This document shows, one piece after another, positions 1 through 8,280 of a DNA stretch of 24,129 nucleotides (the first letter of the stretch is position 1; every line of letters begins with the position of its first letter). Made by a program: the position numbers and the translations under genes. Origin of the DNA: Actinomycetota bacterium (lineage in GTDB: Bacteria; Actinomycetota; Acidimicrobiia; Acidimicrobiales; VFJN01); NCBI GenBank assembly GCA_046744265.1, contig JBKPAS010000116.1:1-24129 (forward strand), in the 5' to 3' direction. The notes beneath the pieces were generated by a model. The model worked only from the letters and a program-made list of their open reading frames with translations, was not told the origin of the DNA and ran no database searches.

Positions 1-2
1 CC

Positions 3-512
3 GGCCAGCTCGTGCTGACCTGCCGGTTCGACAGCCTGGGCGCCTACGGGAACTACCTCGAGGACACGCAGAGCGACGCCGAGGCCCACTCGTACAGCCA
101 TCGCATCCGGGAGGCCGAAGCGCCCTTCGTCTACGAGTCGACGGCGGTGATGTTCGAGATCGACCTCGGGCGGTCGGGCGCCAAGGACGGTCGGGGGCGG
201 GTGCTCGACGCCCGCCTGGGTCGTCCCCGGCCCGGGCACTGGGACGACACGCTGGCCTTCGCCCGCGAGGCGTTCGACCTGTGCGACGCCCACGGTGCGG
301 TCGGGTGCCGGCTGCTCGAGCTGAACCACGCCGGCCCGCAGTCGGGCTTGCTGTGCGCGGTCATGGAGTACAACTCGATGCGCGAGTACGGCGAGGCCGG
401 CGATCGGCTGATGGCAGACGAGAAGGCCCGCCGGCTCACCGAGACGATGCGTGGCGACGCCCCGTTCGACGAGGTCTCGTCGGGACTGTTCACCGAGGTC
501 GCCATCCTCTAG
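3..512 (+). CDS. Hypothetical protein, 5'-truncated by window edge; two similar halves, probably a duplicated dimeric alpha/beta-barrel (NIPSNAP/EthD-like)
   Basis: Frame is open from base 3 (GQLVLTCRFDSL...). Segment GQLVLTCRFDSLGAYGNY resembles the later GLLCAVMEYNSMREYGEA. GC3-rich codon usage. Confidence 0.6.
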   Translation, partial: GQLVLTCRFDSLGAYGNYLEDTQSDAEAHSYSHRIREAEAPFVYESTAVMFEIDLGRSGAKDGRGRVLDARLGRPRPGHWDDTLAFAREAFDLCDAHGAVGCRLLELNHAGPQSGLLCAVMEYNSMREYGEAGDRLMADEKARRLTETMRGDAPFDEVSSGLFTEVAIL

Positions 513-542
513 CCCAGGCCATCCTCAAGCCGAGGTGTGACG

Positions 543-3104
543 TCAGGTCAGGCGTTCGACCGCGAGCAGGTCGACGACCGCCCGGCCCTCCTCGTCCGAG
601 GCGTCGGGGCGGACCCGGGCCCGGACGACCCAGTCGTGGTCGCCGGCCGGGTCGTCGAGCACTTGCGTGACGGACCCCGACCCGTCGTCCATCCGGACCA
701 ACGCCCCCGACCGGGCCCCATCGTCGATGCCGATGGCGTCGTGCTCGTCCCAGTACGGCGCCATCGCCGCCGCGAGCCGCTCGGGCGTCCACGAGCCCGA
801 GCCCTCCCGCGCCGCCAACTCGGCGTACGCCCGCCGAGCCAGCAGCTCCACCCAGCGGAACAGCTCGTTGCGCACCATCACCCGGAACGCCCGCGCGTTG
901 GCGGTCACCCCGGCCGGCTCGGCAGCGGCGGCCCCGGACGCGGCCCGCTCCGCCGCGGGCGGCTCGACGCCTGACGCCACGGCCGCCACCTCCGACGGGT
1001 TCCGCAGCTGGTCCCATTCGTCGAGCAGGCTGGAGTCCACCTGCCGGACCGTCTCGCCCAGCCATTCGGTCACGTCGAACACCGCGTCGGTCTTGGCGTC
1101 CTCGGGCACCGTCTGGACGAGGCCCTTGTAGGCGTCGCTCAGGTAGCGCAGCAGCAGGCCCTCCGACCGGGCCAGGCCGTAGTGCTGGACGTAGTCGGTG
1201 AACGTCATCGCCCGCTCGTACAGCTCGCGGGCCACCGACTTGGGCCTGATCGTGTGGTCGGCCGCCCACGGGTGCTGCACCAGGTAGCGGTTGAACGCCT
1301 CGTACGTGAGGTCCCGCAGCGGCTTGGGGTGCTCGAGCGTGTCGAGCTCGGCCATGCGCTCCTCGTACTCGACGCCCTCCTGCTTGAGGCGGGCCAGGGT
1401 CTCGGTCCGCAGCCGGTCGAGCTGCGCCGCCAGGATCACCCCGGGGTTGTCGAGGACGGACTCGACCAGCGACAGCACGTCGAGGGCGTAGTCGGGCGAG
1501 TCCCGGTCCAGCAGTCCGACGGCCTCGAGCACGAAGGGGGACAGGGGCTGGTTGAGGGCGAAATCCTCCTGCAGGTCGACGGTGACCCGGACCAGGCGCC
1601 CGTCCTCGTCGGGCTCGTCCAGCCGCTCGACCACGCCGGCGCCGAGCAGTGACCGGTAGATGGCGATGGCCCGGCGGATGTGCCGGCGCTGCTGGGGACG
1701 GGGGTCGTGGTTCTCGGTCAGCAGGCGGCGCATCGCCCCGCATCCGTCGCCCCGCCGGTCCACCACGTTGAGCAGCATCGAGTGGGACACGGTGAAGCTC
1801 GACGTCAGCGGCTCGGGCGGGGCGGCGACAAGCTTGGTGAACGTGTCCTCGGACCAGGGCACGAAGCCGCGGGTCGGCGCCTTCTTGCGGACCACCTTGC
1901 GCCGCTTGCGCGGGTCGTCGCCCGCCTTGGCCAGCGCCCGCTCGTTGTCGATCACGTGCTCGGGGGCCTGCGCCAGCACGTAGCCGACCGTGTCGAACCC
2001 GGCCCGCCCGGCCCGGCCGGCGATCTGGTGGAACTCCCGGGCGGACAGCAGCCGCGATTTCGTCCCGTCGTACTTGCACAGCTGCGTGAACAGCACCGTG
2101 CGGATCGGGACGTTGATGCCGACCCCCAGCGTGTCGGTCCCGCAGATGACCTTGAGGTGGCCCTCCTGGGCGAGGCGCTCGACCAGCCGCCGGTACTTGG
2201 GGAGCATGCCGGCGTGGTGGACCCCGATGCCGTGCCTCACCAGGCGCGACAGGGTCCGGCCGAAGCCGGGGCCGAACCGGAAGGCGCCGATCGCCTCGCC
2301 GATGGCGTCCTTCTCGGCCCGCGAGCACACGTTCACGCTCATCAGCGCCTGGGCCCGCTCGACCGCCGACTGCTGGGTGAAGTGCACGACGTAGACCGGC
2401 GCCCGCCGGCTGGCCAGCACGTCGTCGATCGTCTCGTGCATGACCGTGCGCCGGTACTCGAACTCGAGCGGCACGGGGCGGGTGGCGTGGTGGACGGCGG
2501 CTGTGGGCCGCCCGGTGCGCTCGGTCAGCTCGGCCTCGAACCGCCGCGTATCGCCCAGCGTGGCGGACATCAGCACGAACTGGGCTTGGGGCAGTGTCAG
2601 CAGCGGCACCTGCCAGGCCCAGCCCCGGTCGGGGTCGGCGTAGTAGTGGAACTCGTCCATGACGACCTGGCCGACGTCGGCCTGGTCGCCGTCGCGCAGG
2701 GCCATGTTGGCGAGCACCTCGGCCGTGCAGCAGATGACCGGGGCGCCGGGGTTGACCGCCGCGTCGCCGGTGAGCATGCCGACCCGGTCCGAACCCAGCT
2801 CGCGGCACAGGTCGAAGAACTTCTCGGACACCAGCGCCTTGATGGGCGCCGTGTAGAACGTGCGGCGGCCGGCGGCGAGCGCGGCGGCGTGGGCGGAAAG
2901 CGCGACCAGCGATTTGCCGGACCCGGTCGGCGTGCCGAGGATCAGGTTGGCGCCCGAGACGACCTCGAGGACCGCCTCTTCCTGCGCCGGGTACAGGGTG
3001 AGCCCCCGGCCGGCCGCCCACACGGTGAAGGCGTCGAGCACGGCCTCGCCGCTGGCGCCATCGCCGAGTGGGGGCAGGTGGTCAGCGAGCGTGGCGGCGG
3101 CCAT
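543..3104 (-). CDS. DEAD/DEAH-box (Ski2/HelY-like) helicase with C-terminal DUF3516-type region
   Basis: Motif I GTPTGSGKS, motif II DEFH, motif III SAT, HHAGMLP, TDTLGVGINVP, motif VI QIAGRAGR; 853 aa. Confidence 0.92.
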   Translation of the reverse strand: MAAATLADHLPPLGDGASGEAVLDAFTVWAAGRGLTLYPAQEEAVLEVVSGANLILGTPTGSGKSLVALSAHAAALAAGRRTFYTAPIKALVSEKFFDLCRELGSDRVGMLTGDAAVNPGAPVICCTAEVLANMALRDGDQADVGQVVMDEFHYYADPDRGWAWQVPLLTLPQAQFVLMSATLGDTRRFEAELTERTGRPTAAVHHATRPVPLEFEYRRTVMHETIDDVLASRRAPVYVVHFTQQSAVERAQALMSVNVCSRAEKDAIGEAIGAFRFGPGFGRTLSRLVRHGIGVHHAGMLPKYRRLVERLAQEGHLKVICGTDTLGVGINVPIRTVLFTQLCKYDGTKSRLLSAREFHQIAGRAGRAGFDTVGYVLAQAPEHVIDNERALAKAGDDPRKRRKVVRKKAPTRGFVPWSEDTFTKLVAAPPEPLTSSFTVSHSMLLNVVDRRGDGCGAMRRLLTENHDPRPQQRRHIRRAIAIYRSLLGAGVVERLDEPDEDGRLVRVTVDLQEDFALNQPLSPFVLEAVGLLDRDSPDYALDVLSLVESVLDNPGVILAAQLDRLRTETLARLKQEGVEYEERMAELDTLEHPKPLRDLTYEAFNRYLVQHPWAADHTIRPKSVARELYERAMTFTDYVQHYGLARSEGLLLRYLSDAYKGLVQTVPEDAKTDAVFDVTEWLGETVRQVDSSLLDEWDQLRNPSEVAAVASGVEPPAAERAASGAAAAEPAGVTANARAFRVMVRNELFRWVELLARRAYAELAAREGSGSWTPERLAAAMAPYWDEHDAIGIDDGARSGALVRMDDGSGSVTQVLDDPAGDHDWVVRARVRPDASDEEGRAVVDLLAVERLT

Positions 3105-3128
3105 GGCCCCCGATGATGCCGCAGGGCG

Positions 3129-4334
3129 CTAGCGATTCCCCAGGGCGGCGAGGCGGCGCTCGAGCAGGCGGCGCTCGGCGGGGTCCTCGGTCAGGACCAG
3201 GGCCCGGCGGTAGGCGTCGCCGGCCTCGCCGGCGCGGCCGAGCCGGCGCAGCAGCTCGCCCCGGGTGGCGTGCAGGTAGCGGTAGCCGTCGAGCGGCAGG
3301 CCGTCGACGATCGCGAGGCCGGCCGCGGGCCCCTCGGCCTCGGCCACGGCCACGGCCCGGTTCAGCTCGACGACCGGCGAGTCGGTGAGGCGGGACAGCT
3401 CGCCGTAGAGCGCGGCGATCTGCGTCCAGTCCCGGGGGTCCTCGGCGTGGAGGGACGCGATCGCCGCCTGCACGACGTACGGGCCCCGGCCGAGCAGGGC
3501 CAGGGCCCGGTCGAGCACCGCCCGGCCCTGGGCGATCTCGTCGGCATCGAGCTGCGAGGGGTCCTGGTCGGCGAGCAGGACGAGCTCGCCGTCGCGGAAC
3601 CGGGCGGCGCGGCGGGCGTCCAGCAGCAGCATGAGCGCGAGCAGCCCCTGGACCTCGGGCTCGTCGGGCATGAGCTCGGCGAGCGCCCGTCCCAGCCGGA
3701 TGGCCTCGCCCGCCAGGTCGCCGCGGCCGCCGTAGCCCTCGTTGAAGATCAGGTAGACGACCGCCAGCACGGCGACGAGCCGGTCCGGCAGCAGGTGGTC
3801 GGGCGGCACCCGGAAGGGGATGCCGGCCGCCTTGATCTTGCGCTTCGCCCGCACCAGCCGCTGGGCCATCGTGGGCTCGGGCACCAGGAAGGCCCGGGCG
3901 ATCTCGGGCGTGGTCAGCCCGCCGAGGGTGCGCAGGGTGAGCGCGACCTGGGCCTCGACCGACAGCGCCGGGTGGCAGCACATGAAGACGAGCTGGAGCC
4001 GCTCGTCGGGGAACGTCGTGTGCGCCGCCGGGTCGAGGGGGTCGAGGGGATCCACGGGATCGTGCGCCTCGGGCGCCCGCAGCAGGTGCGCCTTCGCGGC
4101 CAGCGTCTGGTCCCGGCGGATGCGGTTGATGGCCCGGTTACGGGCCGTCGTGATCAGCCAGGCGCCCGGGTGGTCGGGCACGCCGTCGCGGGGCCACCGC
4201 TCGGCGGCGATGGCGAACGCCTCCTGCGCGGCTTCCTCGGCGAGGTCGAACTCGCCGAGGAAGCCGATCATCGCCGCGAGGACGCGGCCCCACTGGTCGC
4301 GGAAGACCTGCTCGAGCGACGCCGCCGCTACCAC
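3129..4334 (-). CDS. ECF sigma-70 factor with TPR-like C-terminal extension (ECF42 type)
   Basis: sigma2 ([10 protein letters not shown]...AEEAAQEAF...[16 protein letters not shown]), [15 protein letters not shown], sigma4 ([20 protein letters not shown]...[10 protein letters not shown]), helical C-terminus. GTG at 4334 overlaps the stop of the upstream DGPF gene; the track ORF start at 4628 is an overextension. Confidence 0.9.
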   Translation of the reverse strand: MVAAASLEQVFRDQWGRVLAAMIGFLGEFDLAEEAAQEAFAIAAERWPRDGVPDHPGAWLITTARNRAINRIRRDQTLAAKAHLLRAPEAHDPVDPLDPLDPAAHTTFPDERLQLVFMCCHPALSVEAQVALTLRTLGGLTTPEIARAFLVPEPTMAQRLVRAKRKIKAAGIPFRVPPDHLLPDRLVAVLAVVYLIFNEGYGGRGDLAGEAIRLGRALAELMPDEPEVQGLLALMLLLDARRAARFRDGELVLLADQDPSQLDADEIAQGRAVLDRALALLGRGPYVVQAAIASLHAEDPRDWTQIAALYGELSRLTDSPVVELNRAVAVAEAEGPAAGLAIVDGLPLDGYRYLHATRGELLRRLGRAGEAGDAYRRALVLTEDPAERRLLERRLAALGNR

Positions 4335-4687
4335 TCCACCGTGGGGCGGATCTCGATCGCGCCGCCGAGGCGGGCGGCCGGGATCTTGGCGGCCAGCTCG
4401 ATGGCGGCGTCGAGGTCGTCGGCCTCGAAGACCAGGTAGCCGCCGATGGCCTCCTTGACCTCGACGAACGGGCCGTCGGTGGTCAGCGTCCTGCCGTCCT
4501 GCACGCGGACGGTGGTGGCGGTCGTCGGCTCGTCGAGGCCGACCCCGGGCGTGACGCCCGGGGTCTGGTTGACGGCCTGGTAGTCGGCGTAGACGGCCTT
4601 CTGCTCGTCCTCGGACAGGGTCGCCCACGCCTCGGGGTCACGGGGCGTGGGCGAGTCGCCCTGGTGGATGAACAGGATGTACTTCAT
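4328..4687 (-). CDS. YciI-family / DGPF-domain protein
   Basis: [15 protein letters not shown] and IEIRP motifs; strong SD (AGGAGGAG) before the ATG; typical partner of ECF42 sigma factors. Confidence 0.92.
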   Translation of the reverse strand: MKYILFIHQGDSPTPRDPEAWATLSEDEQKAVYADYQAVNQTPGVTPGVGLDEPTTATTVRVQDGRTLTTDGPFVEVKEAIGGYLVFEADDLDAAIELAAKIPAARLGGAIEIRPTVEW

Positions 4688-4722
4688 GTCTCGCTCCTCC
4701 TGGATCGGATGCTCGCCGATGA

Positions 4723-4749
4723 GACAAACGAGGAGCGGCGAGATCGACA
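4723..4749 (-). promoter_or_regulatory. ECF42-type promoter of the DGPF-sigma operon
   Basis: Minus strand reads TGTCGA (4749-4744), 17 nt, TGTC (4726-4723), close to the ECF42 consensus TGTCGA-N~17-CG(A/T)C, upstream of the DGPF ATG. Confidence 0.65.
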
Positions 4750-4782
4750 GGTTCTGCCGAGAAATCTTGCCTCGTCCCGGCG

Positions 4783-5067
4783 CTAGCAGCCGGCGGCCCG
4801 GGTCCAGGTGCCCAGGTAGTGGCTGGTCATGGTGACCCGCTGCCCGCTGGCGATCGTGGCGACCGGGCGGGTCGCCCCGTCGCCGCCGCAGTGGGTCATC
4901 GACGAGACGTGCTCCATGCCGTGGTGGTCGATGTACAGCGGGCTCTCGCCGTAGGCGGCCACCGAGTCGCAGATCAGCTGGCCCGTGCTGTCGTCGCGGA
5001 TCTCGATGTTGGTGCCGTGGTCGTGCATGTGACCGTGGATCTCGAGAATGTTGCCGGGCCGGTTCAC
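4783..5067 (-). pseudogene. Fragment of a PHM/PNGaseF-fold, SURNod19-like (copper monooxygenase C-domain-like) protein
   Basis: Frame reads HGHMHDHG...GQLICDSVAAYG...HVSSMTHC...IASGQRVTMTSHY (H-x-H...M pattern) with coding-like codons. It has no N-terminal domain and turns into unrelated residues and a stop right after SHY. Confidence 0.5.
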
Positions 5068-5126
5068 GGATGATTTGAGCGATGTGTCAACAAAGGGGCG
5101 GCGGAGGGCCGCTGGTGTGCCGCTGG

Positions 5127-5885
5127 TCAGGCGTACGTACGGACCAGGTCGAGAACCGCGGCCGCGTCCGGGCCGGTGGCGACGAGTCCCGTCTCGGGCG
5201 GGTCGACCCGGCGGGCGGCGACCAGGCAGAGGTCCCGGGCGGGGCCGGACACGCGTGTCGTCGCCTCGGTGTCGGCGGCGTCGGGGAGGAACCGCCAGAC
5301 GTCGTCCTCGCCCTCGGGGCCGGTCAGCTCGAACGCCACGGGGCCGCTCAGCTCGCGGCCGGCCCGGAGGAAGGCGTAGGGCAGCGTGCGCCACGCCAGC
5401 CGGGCGATGTGCCACAGCCGGGCGGTCGCGGCCGGCTCGACGCCGAGCGCGTGGGTGACGTCGGCGGTGTGGATCCACGTCTCGGCGAGCCGGGTCGTCG
5501 TCAGCGTCCGGACCGACAACTGGCCGGCGACCCACGTCACCCGCTCGCCCGGGTCGGCCGCGGCGAGCACGTCCCGCATCGCCGTCGCGCTGGCCCGCCA
5601 CCGGGCGAACACGGCCTCCGGTGGTTGCCCCCGCTCGCGCTCGACGGCGATCGCGGCGCCCTCGTCGACGTTCTGCGCGGCGCCGCCCGCGGTGAACAGG
5701 GCGACCACCTCGGCGAACCGGCCCTCGGCGCTGGCGATCGCGATCTCGTTCGTCTGGGCGAGGTGCAGCGCGACGTCGGCGACCGACCACCCCTCGCACC
5801 GCGACGGCCGGGTCCAATCCTCCTCGGAGAGGCCCGCCAGGAACTCGTCGAGCTCCGCGATCTGGCCCGCCAGCGCCTCGTCCAC
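5127..5885 (-). CDS. Mycothiol-dependent maleylpyruvate isomerase (MDMPI/DinB superfamily) protein
   Basis: DWTRPSRCEGWSVADVALHLA and RLAETWIHTADV motifs. Start is uncertain: GTG 5885 follows CACGAT by 7 nt (leaderless-like); alternatives are 5903 and 5942. Confidence 0.85.
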   Translation of the reverse strand: MDEALAGQIAELDEFLAGLSEEDWTRPSRCEGWSVADVALHLAQTNEIAIASAEGRFAEVVALFTAGGAAQNVDEGAAIAVERERGQPPEAVFARWRASATAMRDVLAAADPGERVTWVAGQLSVRTLTTTRLAETWIHTADVTHALGVEPAATARLWHIARLAWRTLPYAFLRAGRELSGPVAFELTGPEGEDDVWRFLPDAADTEATTRVSGPARDLCLVAARRVDPPETGLVATGPDAAAVLDLVRTYA

Positions 5886-5926
5886 GTCCGGAATCGTGCC
5901 CACGAGCCACCGGCTTACCAGGGTCC

Positions 5927-5962
5927 GGGACCATCGGCCCATGGATAGGTGCCGATGGCCCC
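5927..5962. promoter_or_regulatory. Tandem DevR/DosR (Dev) boxes
   Basis: GGGAC-CATC-GGCCC (5927-5940) fits the GGGACnnnnGnCCC core. A second, weaker inverted copy GTGCCGATGGCCCC (5949-5962) is offset by 22 bp. Candidate -10 CACCAT at 5987-5992 precedes the CoA-binding gene. Confidence 0.65.
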
Positions 5963-6026
5963 GGGCGGTCGTGCCTGGCCGAGTCACACCATGGACCTCG
6001 ACAGGGAGCCTTGAGAAGGAGGAGCC

Positions 6027-6503
6027 ATGGCGACGATCAAGGAAGCGGCGGCCGAGTTCCTGGCCCACAAGCGGGTCGCGGTCACCGGCGTGTCCCGGAC
6101 GCCGCGCGACCACGGCAGCAACGTGGTCTACAAGCGGCTCCGCGAGCGCGGCTACCAGGTCTTCGCGGTCAACCCCAACGCCGACGAGGTCGAGGGCGAC
6201 GTCTGCTACCACGACGTGAAGTCGATCCCCGGCGGGGTGGACGCGGTCGTCATCGCCACCCGGCCCGAGACCGCCGAGGCGACGATGCGCGAGTGCGCCG
6301 AGCTGGACATCGGGCGCGTGTGGATGCACCGGGCCATGGGCGCCGGGAGCGTGTCCGAGGCGGCCGCCAAGTACGGCCGTGAGCACGGCATCGCGGTCAT
6401 CGACGGGGGCTGCCCGCTGATGTTCGCCCCGACGTCCGATCCCGGTCACCGGGTGATGCGCTTCGTGTGCACGCTGACCGGCAACGTCCCGAAGCGAGTC
6501 TGA
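6027..6503 (+). CDS. CoA-binding domain protein (YccU-like)
   Basis: RVAVTGVSR, YQVFAVNPNA, GGVDAVVIAT, VWMHR, VIDGGCPLMF; SD AAGGAGGAG. Confidence 0.88.
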   Translation: MATIKEAAAEFLAHKRVAVTGVSRTPRDHGSNVVYKRLRERGYQVFAVNPNADEVEGDVCYHDVKSIPGGVDAVVIATRPETAEATMRECAELDIGRVWMHRAMGAGSVSEAAAKYGREHGIAVIDGGCPLMFAPTSDPGHRVMRFVCTLTGNVPKRV

Positions 6504-6506
6504 GCC

Positions 6507-6971
6507 GTGGAGGTCGACCGCAACGGCTTGGAGGTCCTGGCGACCGACGAGTGCCTGCGCCTGCTGGCGACGGCGACGATCGGTCGCGTCGGGCTGAGCT
6601 CGGCGGCGCTGCCGACCGTGCTGCCGGTCAACTTCCGGCTGGTCGGCGACCGGATCCTGTTCCGCACTGGCCTGGGCAGCAAGCTCGAGGCCGCGACCCG
6701 CAACGCGGTGGTCGCGTTCGAGGTCGACGACTTCGACCCGATCGAGCACGCGGGCTGGAGCGTGGTCGTCGTCGGGGTCGCCCGCGCTCTGTCCGACGGT
6801 GAGGCCGCCGAGATCGACGCGCGGGACCGGGTGCGGCTCGCCCGCTGGGTGCCCGGTGCCGACGACCGGATGGTGGCCGTCTCGTGCGAGCTGGTCTCGG
6901 GACGCCGCCTCGTGCTCGGAGGCGTCGGCGACCGGCTCCTCACAGCGGCGAACGGGGGGTTCACGACATGA
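6507..6971 (+). CDS. Pyridoxamine 5'-phosphate oxidase-like flavin-binding protein
   Basis: GLEVL..DECLRLL...IGRV, LPVNF, FRTG.GSKL, VAFEVD, GWSVVVVG. Confidence 0.88.
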   Translation: MEVDRNGLEVLATDECLRLLATATIGRVGLSSAALPTVLPVNFRLVGDRILFRTGLGSKLEAATRNAVVAFEVDDFDPIEHAGWSVVVVGVARALSDGEAAEIDARDRVRLARWVPGADDRMVAVSCELVSGRRLVLGGVGDRLLTAANGGFTT

Positions 6972-7393
6972 CGACGATCGACCGCCGGACCGGGCTCGAG
7001 GTGCTCGACCGCGACGCCTGCCTGGCGCTGCTCGCCGGCGAGGACGTGGGGCGCCTGGCGATGGGCACGGGCGGCGCGCCGCTCGTGTTCCCGGTCAACT
7101 ACGCCCTGGACGGCGACGCCGTGGTGTTCCGCACCGACCCGGGGACCAAGCTCGACCGGGCCGAGCGGGGGCGCGTCGCCTTCGAGATCGACGGCCTCGA
7201 CCGCGAGGCCCGCACCGGGTGGAGCGTGGTGGTGACCGGGCGCCTCGAGGAGGTCACCCACTACGACGCCGCGGCGTTCGAGCGGGTGCGCCGTCTGCCG
7301 GTCGTGCCGTGGGCGGCTGGGGAGAAAGGGCACTGGCTGCGGCTGGTCCCGAGCCAGATCACCGGCCGGCGGCTGGGTGGCCGGCGGCCGTGA
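6968..7393 (+). CDS. Pyridoxamine 5'-phosphate oxidase-like flavin-binding protein (paralog)
   Basis: GLEVLDRDACLALL, FPVNY, FRTDPGTKL, VAFEIDG, GWSVVVTG, ITGRR; ATGA overlap with the upstream paralog. Confidence 0.88.
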   Translation: MTTIDRRTGLEVLDRDACLALLAGEDVGRLAMGTGGAPLVFPVNYALDGDAVVFRTDPGTKLDRAERGRVAFEIDGLDREARTGWSVVVTGRLEEVTHYDAAAFERVRRLPVVPWAAGEKGHWLRLVPSQITGRRLGGRRP

Positions 7394-7410
7394 TGGGGCA
7401 GACTACGGGT

Positions 7411-7575
7411 ATGCGACCGCGCGTCGCTCTCGTCCTGGCTGCCACCGGCCTGCTCTGCCTCGTCCTGGCGGCGCTCCCGGTCCAGACGTCGCACCGGCTC
7501 GTCGGCCTCGGCGGCGCGGTCGTGTTCGGCCTGCTCTACCTCGGCGAGCGCAACCGTCCCCGCGGGCTGCGGTAG
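7411..7575 (+). CDS. Small hydrophobic protein, 54 aa, about two TM segments
   Basis: MRPRVALVLAATGLLCLVLAALPVQTSHRLVGLGGAVVFGLLYLGERNRPRGLR. CAGACT -10-like hexamer 6 nt before the ATG; alternative ATG at 7393 overlaps the upstream stop. Confidence 0.6.
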   Translation: MRPRVALVLAATGLLCLVLAALPVQTSHRLVGLGGAVVFGLLYLGERNRPRGLR

Positions 7576-7585
7576 CCGCGGCGGT

Positions 7586-8236
7586 TCACGGGCGCTGGCC
7601 GCGGCGTTCGGCGAGGCGGGCCGCGTAGACCGCGGCCTCGGTGCGGCGGTGCATGCCCAGCTTCATCAGCAGGTTGGACACGTAGTTCTTGACGGTCTTC
7701 TCGGCCAGGTAGAGCTGCTCGCCGATCTGGCGGTTGGTGAGGCCCTGGGCGAGCAGGTCGAGGATCTTGCGCTCCTGGTCGGTGAGCTGGGCGAGCTGCT
7801 GGTCCTCCTGCGGTGGGCGGCGCAGCCGGTCGAGGACCTTGGCGGTGACGGTCGGGTCGAGCAGCGACTGGCCGGCGGCGACCCGGCGGACGCTCTCGAC
7901 GAGGTCGGGGCCGCGGATCTGCTTGAGGAGGTAGCCGGCGGCGCCGGCCATGATCGAGTCGAACAACGCCTCGTCGTCGGAGAACGACGTGAGCATGAGG
8001 CACTGGATCTCGGGGTGGGCCGAGCGGATGTCGCGGCAGGCCTCCACGCCGTTGCCGTCGGGGAGGCGTACGTCGAGGATGGCGACGTCGGGCCGGGTGG
8101 GCGGCACGCGCCGCAGCGCTTCCTCGACGGTGGACGCCTCGCCGACGACCGCGAGGTCGTCCTCGGCGTCGAGCACCTCGCGCAGGCCGCGGCGGACGAT
8201 CTCGTGGTCGTCGAGCAGGAACACACGGGTCGTCAC
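7586..8236 (-). CDS. devR: NarL/LuxR-family response regulator, DevR/DosR-like
   Basis: VFLLDDHEIVRRGL, RPDVAILDVRLPDGNG, LTDQERKIL..L..GLTNRQI, LAEKTVKNYVSNLLMKLGMHRRTEAA closely follow mycobacterial DevR. GTG 8236 preceded by GAGG; 216 aa. Confidence 0.85.
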   Translation of the reverse strand: MTTRVFLLDDHEIVRRGLREVLDAEDDLAVVGEASTVEEALRRVPPTRPDVAILDVRLPDGNGVEACRDIRSAHPEIQCLMLTSFSDDEALFDSIMAGAAGYLLKQIRGPDLVESVRRVAAGQSLLDPTVTAKVLDRLRRPPQEDQQLAQLTDQERKILDLLAQGLTNRQIGEQLYLAEKTVKNYVSNLLMKLGMHRRTEAAVYAARLAERRGQRP

Positions 8237-8280
8237 AGGCACCTCGCCGGTCGTCCGGTCACGACCAGTCTGCCAGGGGC

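Noticed and set aside
490-3116. Long alternative-frame and antisense ORFs over the helicase (490-3021, 1680-3116) and similar ones elsewhere (e.g. 16407-17747, 18722-20611)
   Set aside because: Arg/Pro/Gly-rich shadow frames expected in high-GC DNA; they overlap clearly recognisable genes and contain no motifs.
5075-5090. TTGA-N8-TCAA as an FNR/CRP site
   Set aside because: FNR-type sites are TTGA-N6-TCAA; the spacing does not fit, so no regulator was assigned.
5127-6749. 540-aa ORF as an extended MDMPI protein
   Set aside because: The 5' part is the antisense of the CoA-binding and PNPOx genes.
7559-7582. Bidirectional terminator between the small membrane gene and devR
   Set aside because: An imperfect GC stem is present but has no U-tract; such stems arise easily by chance at this GC content.
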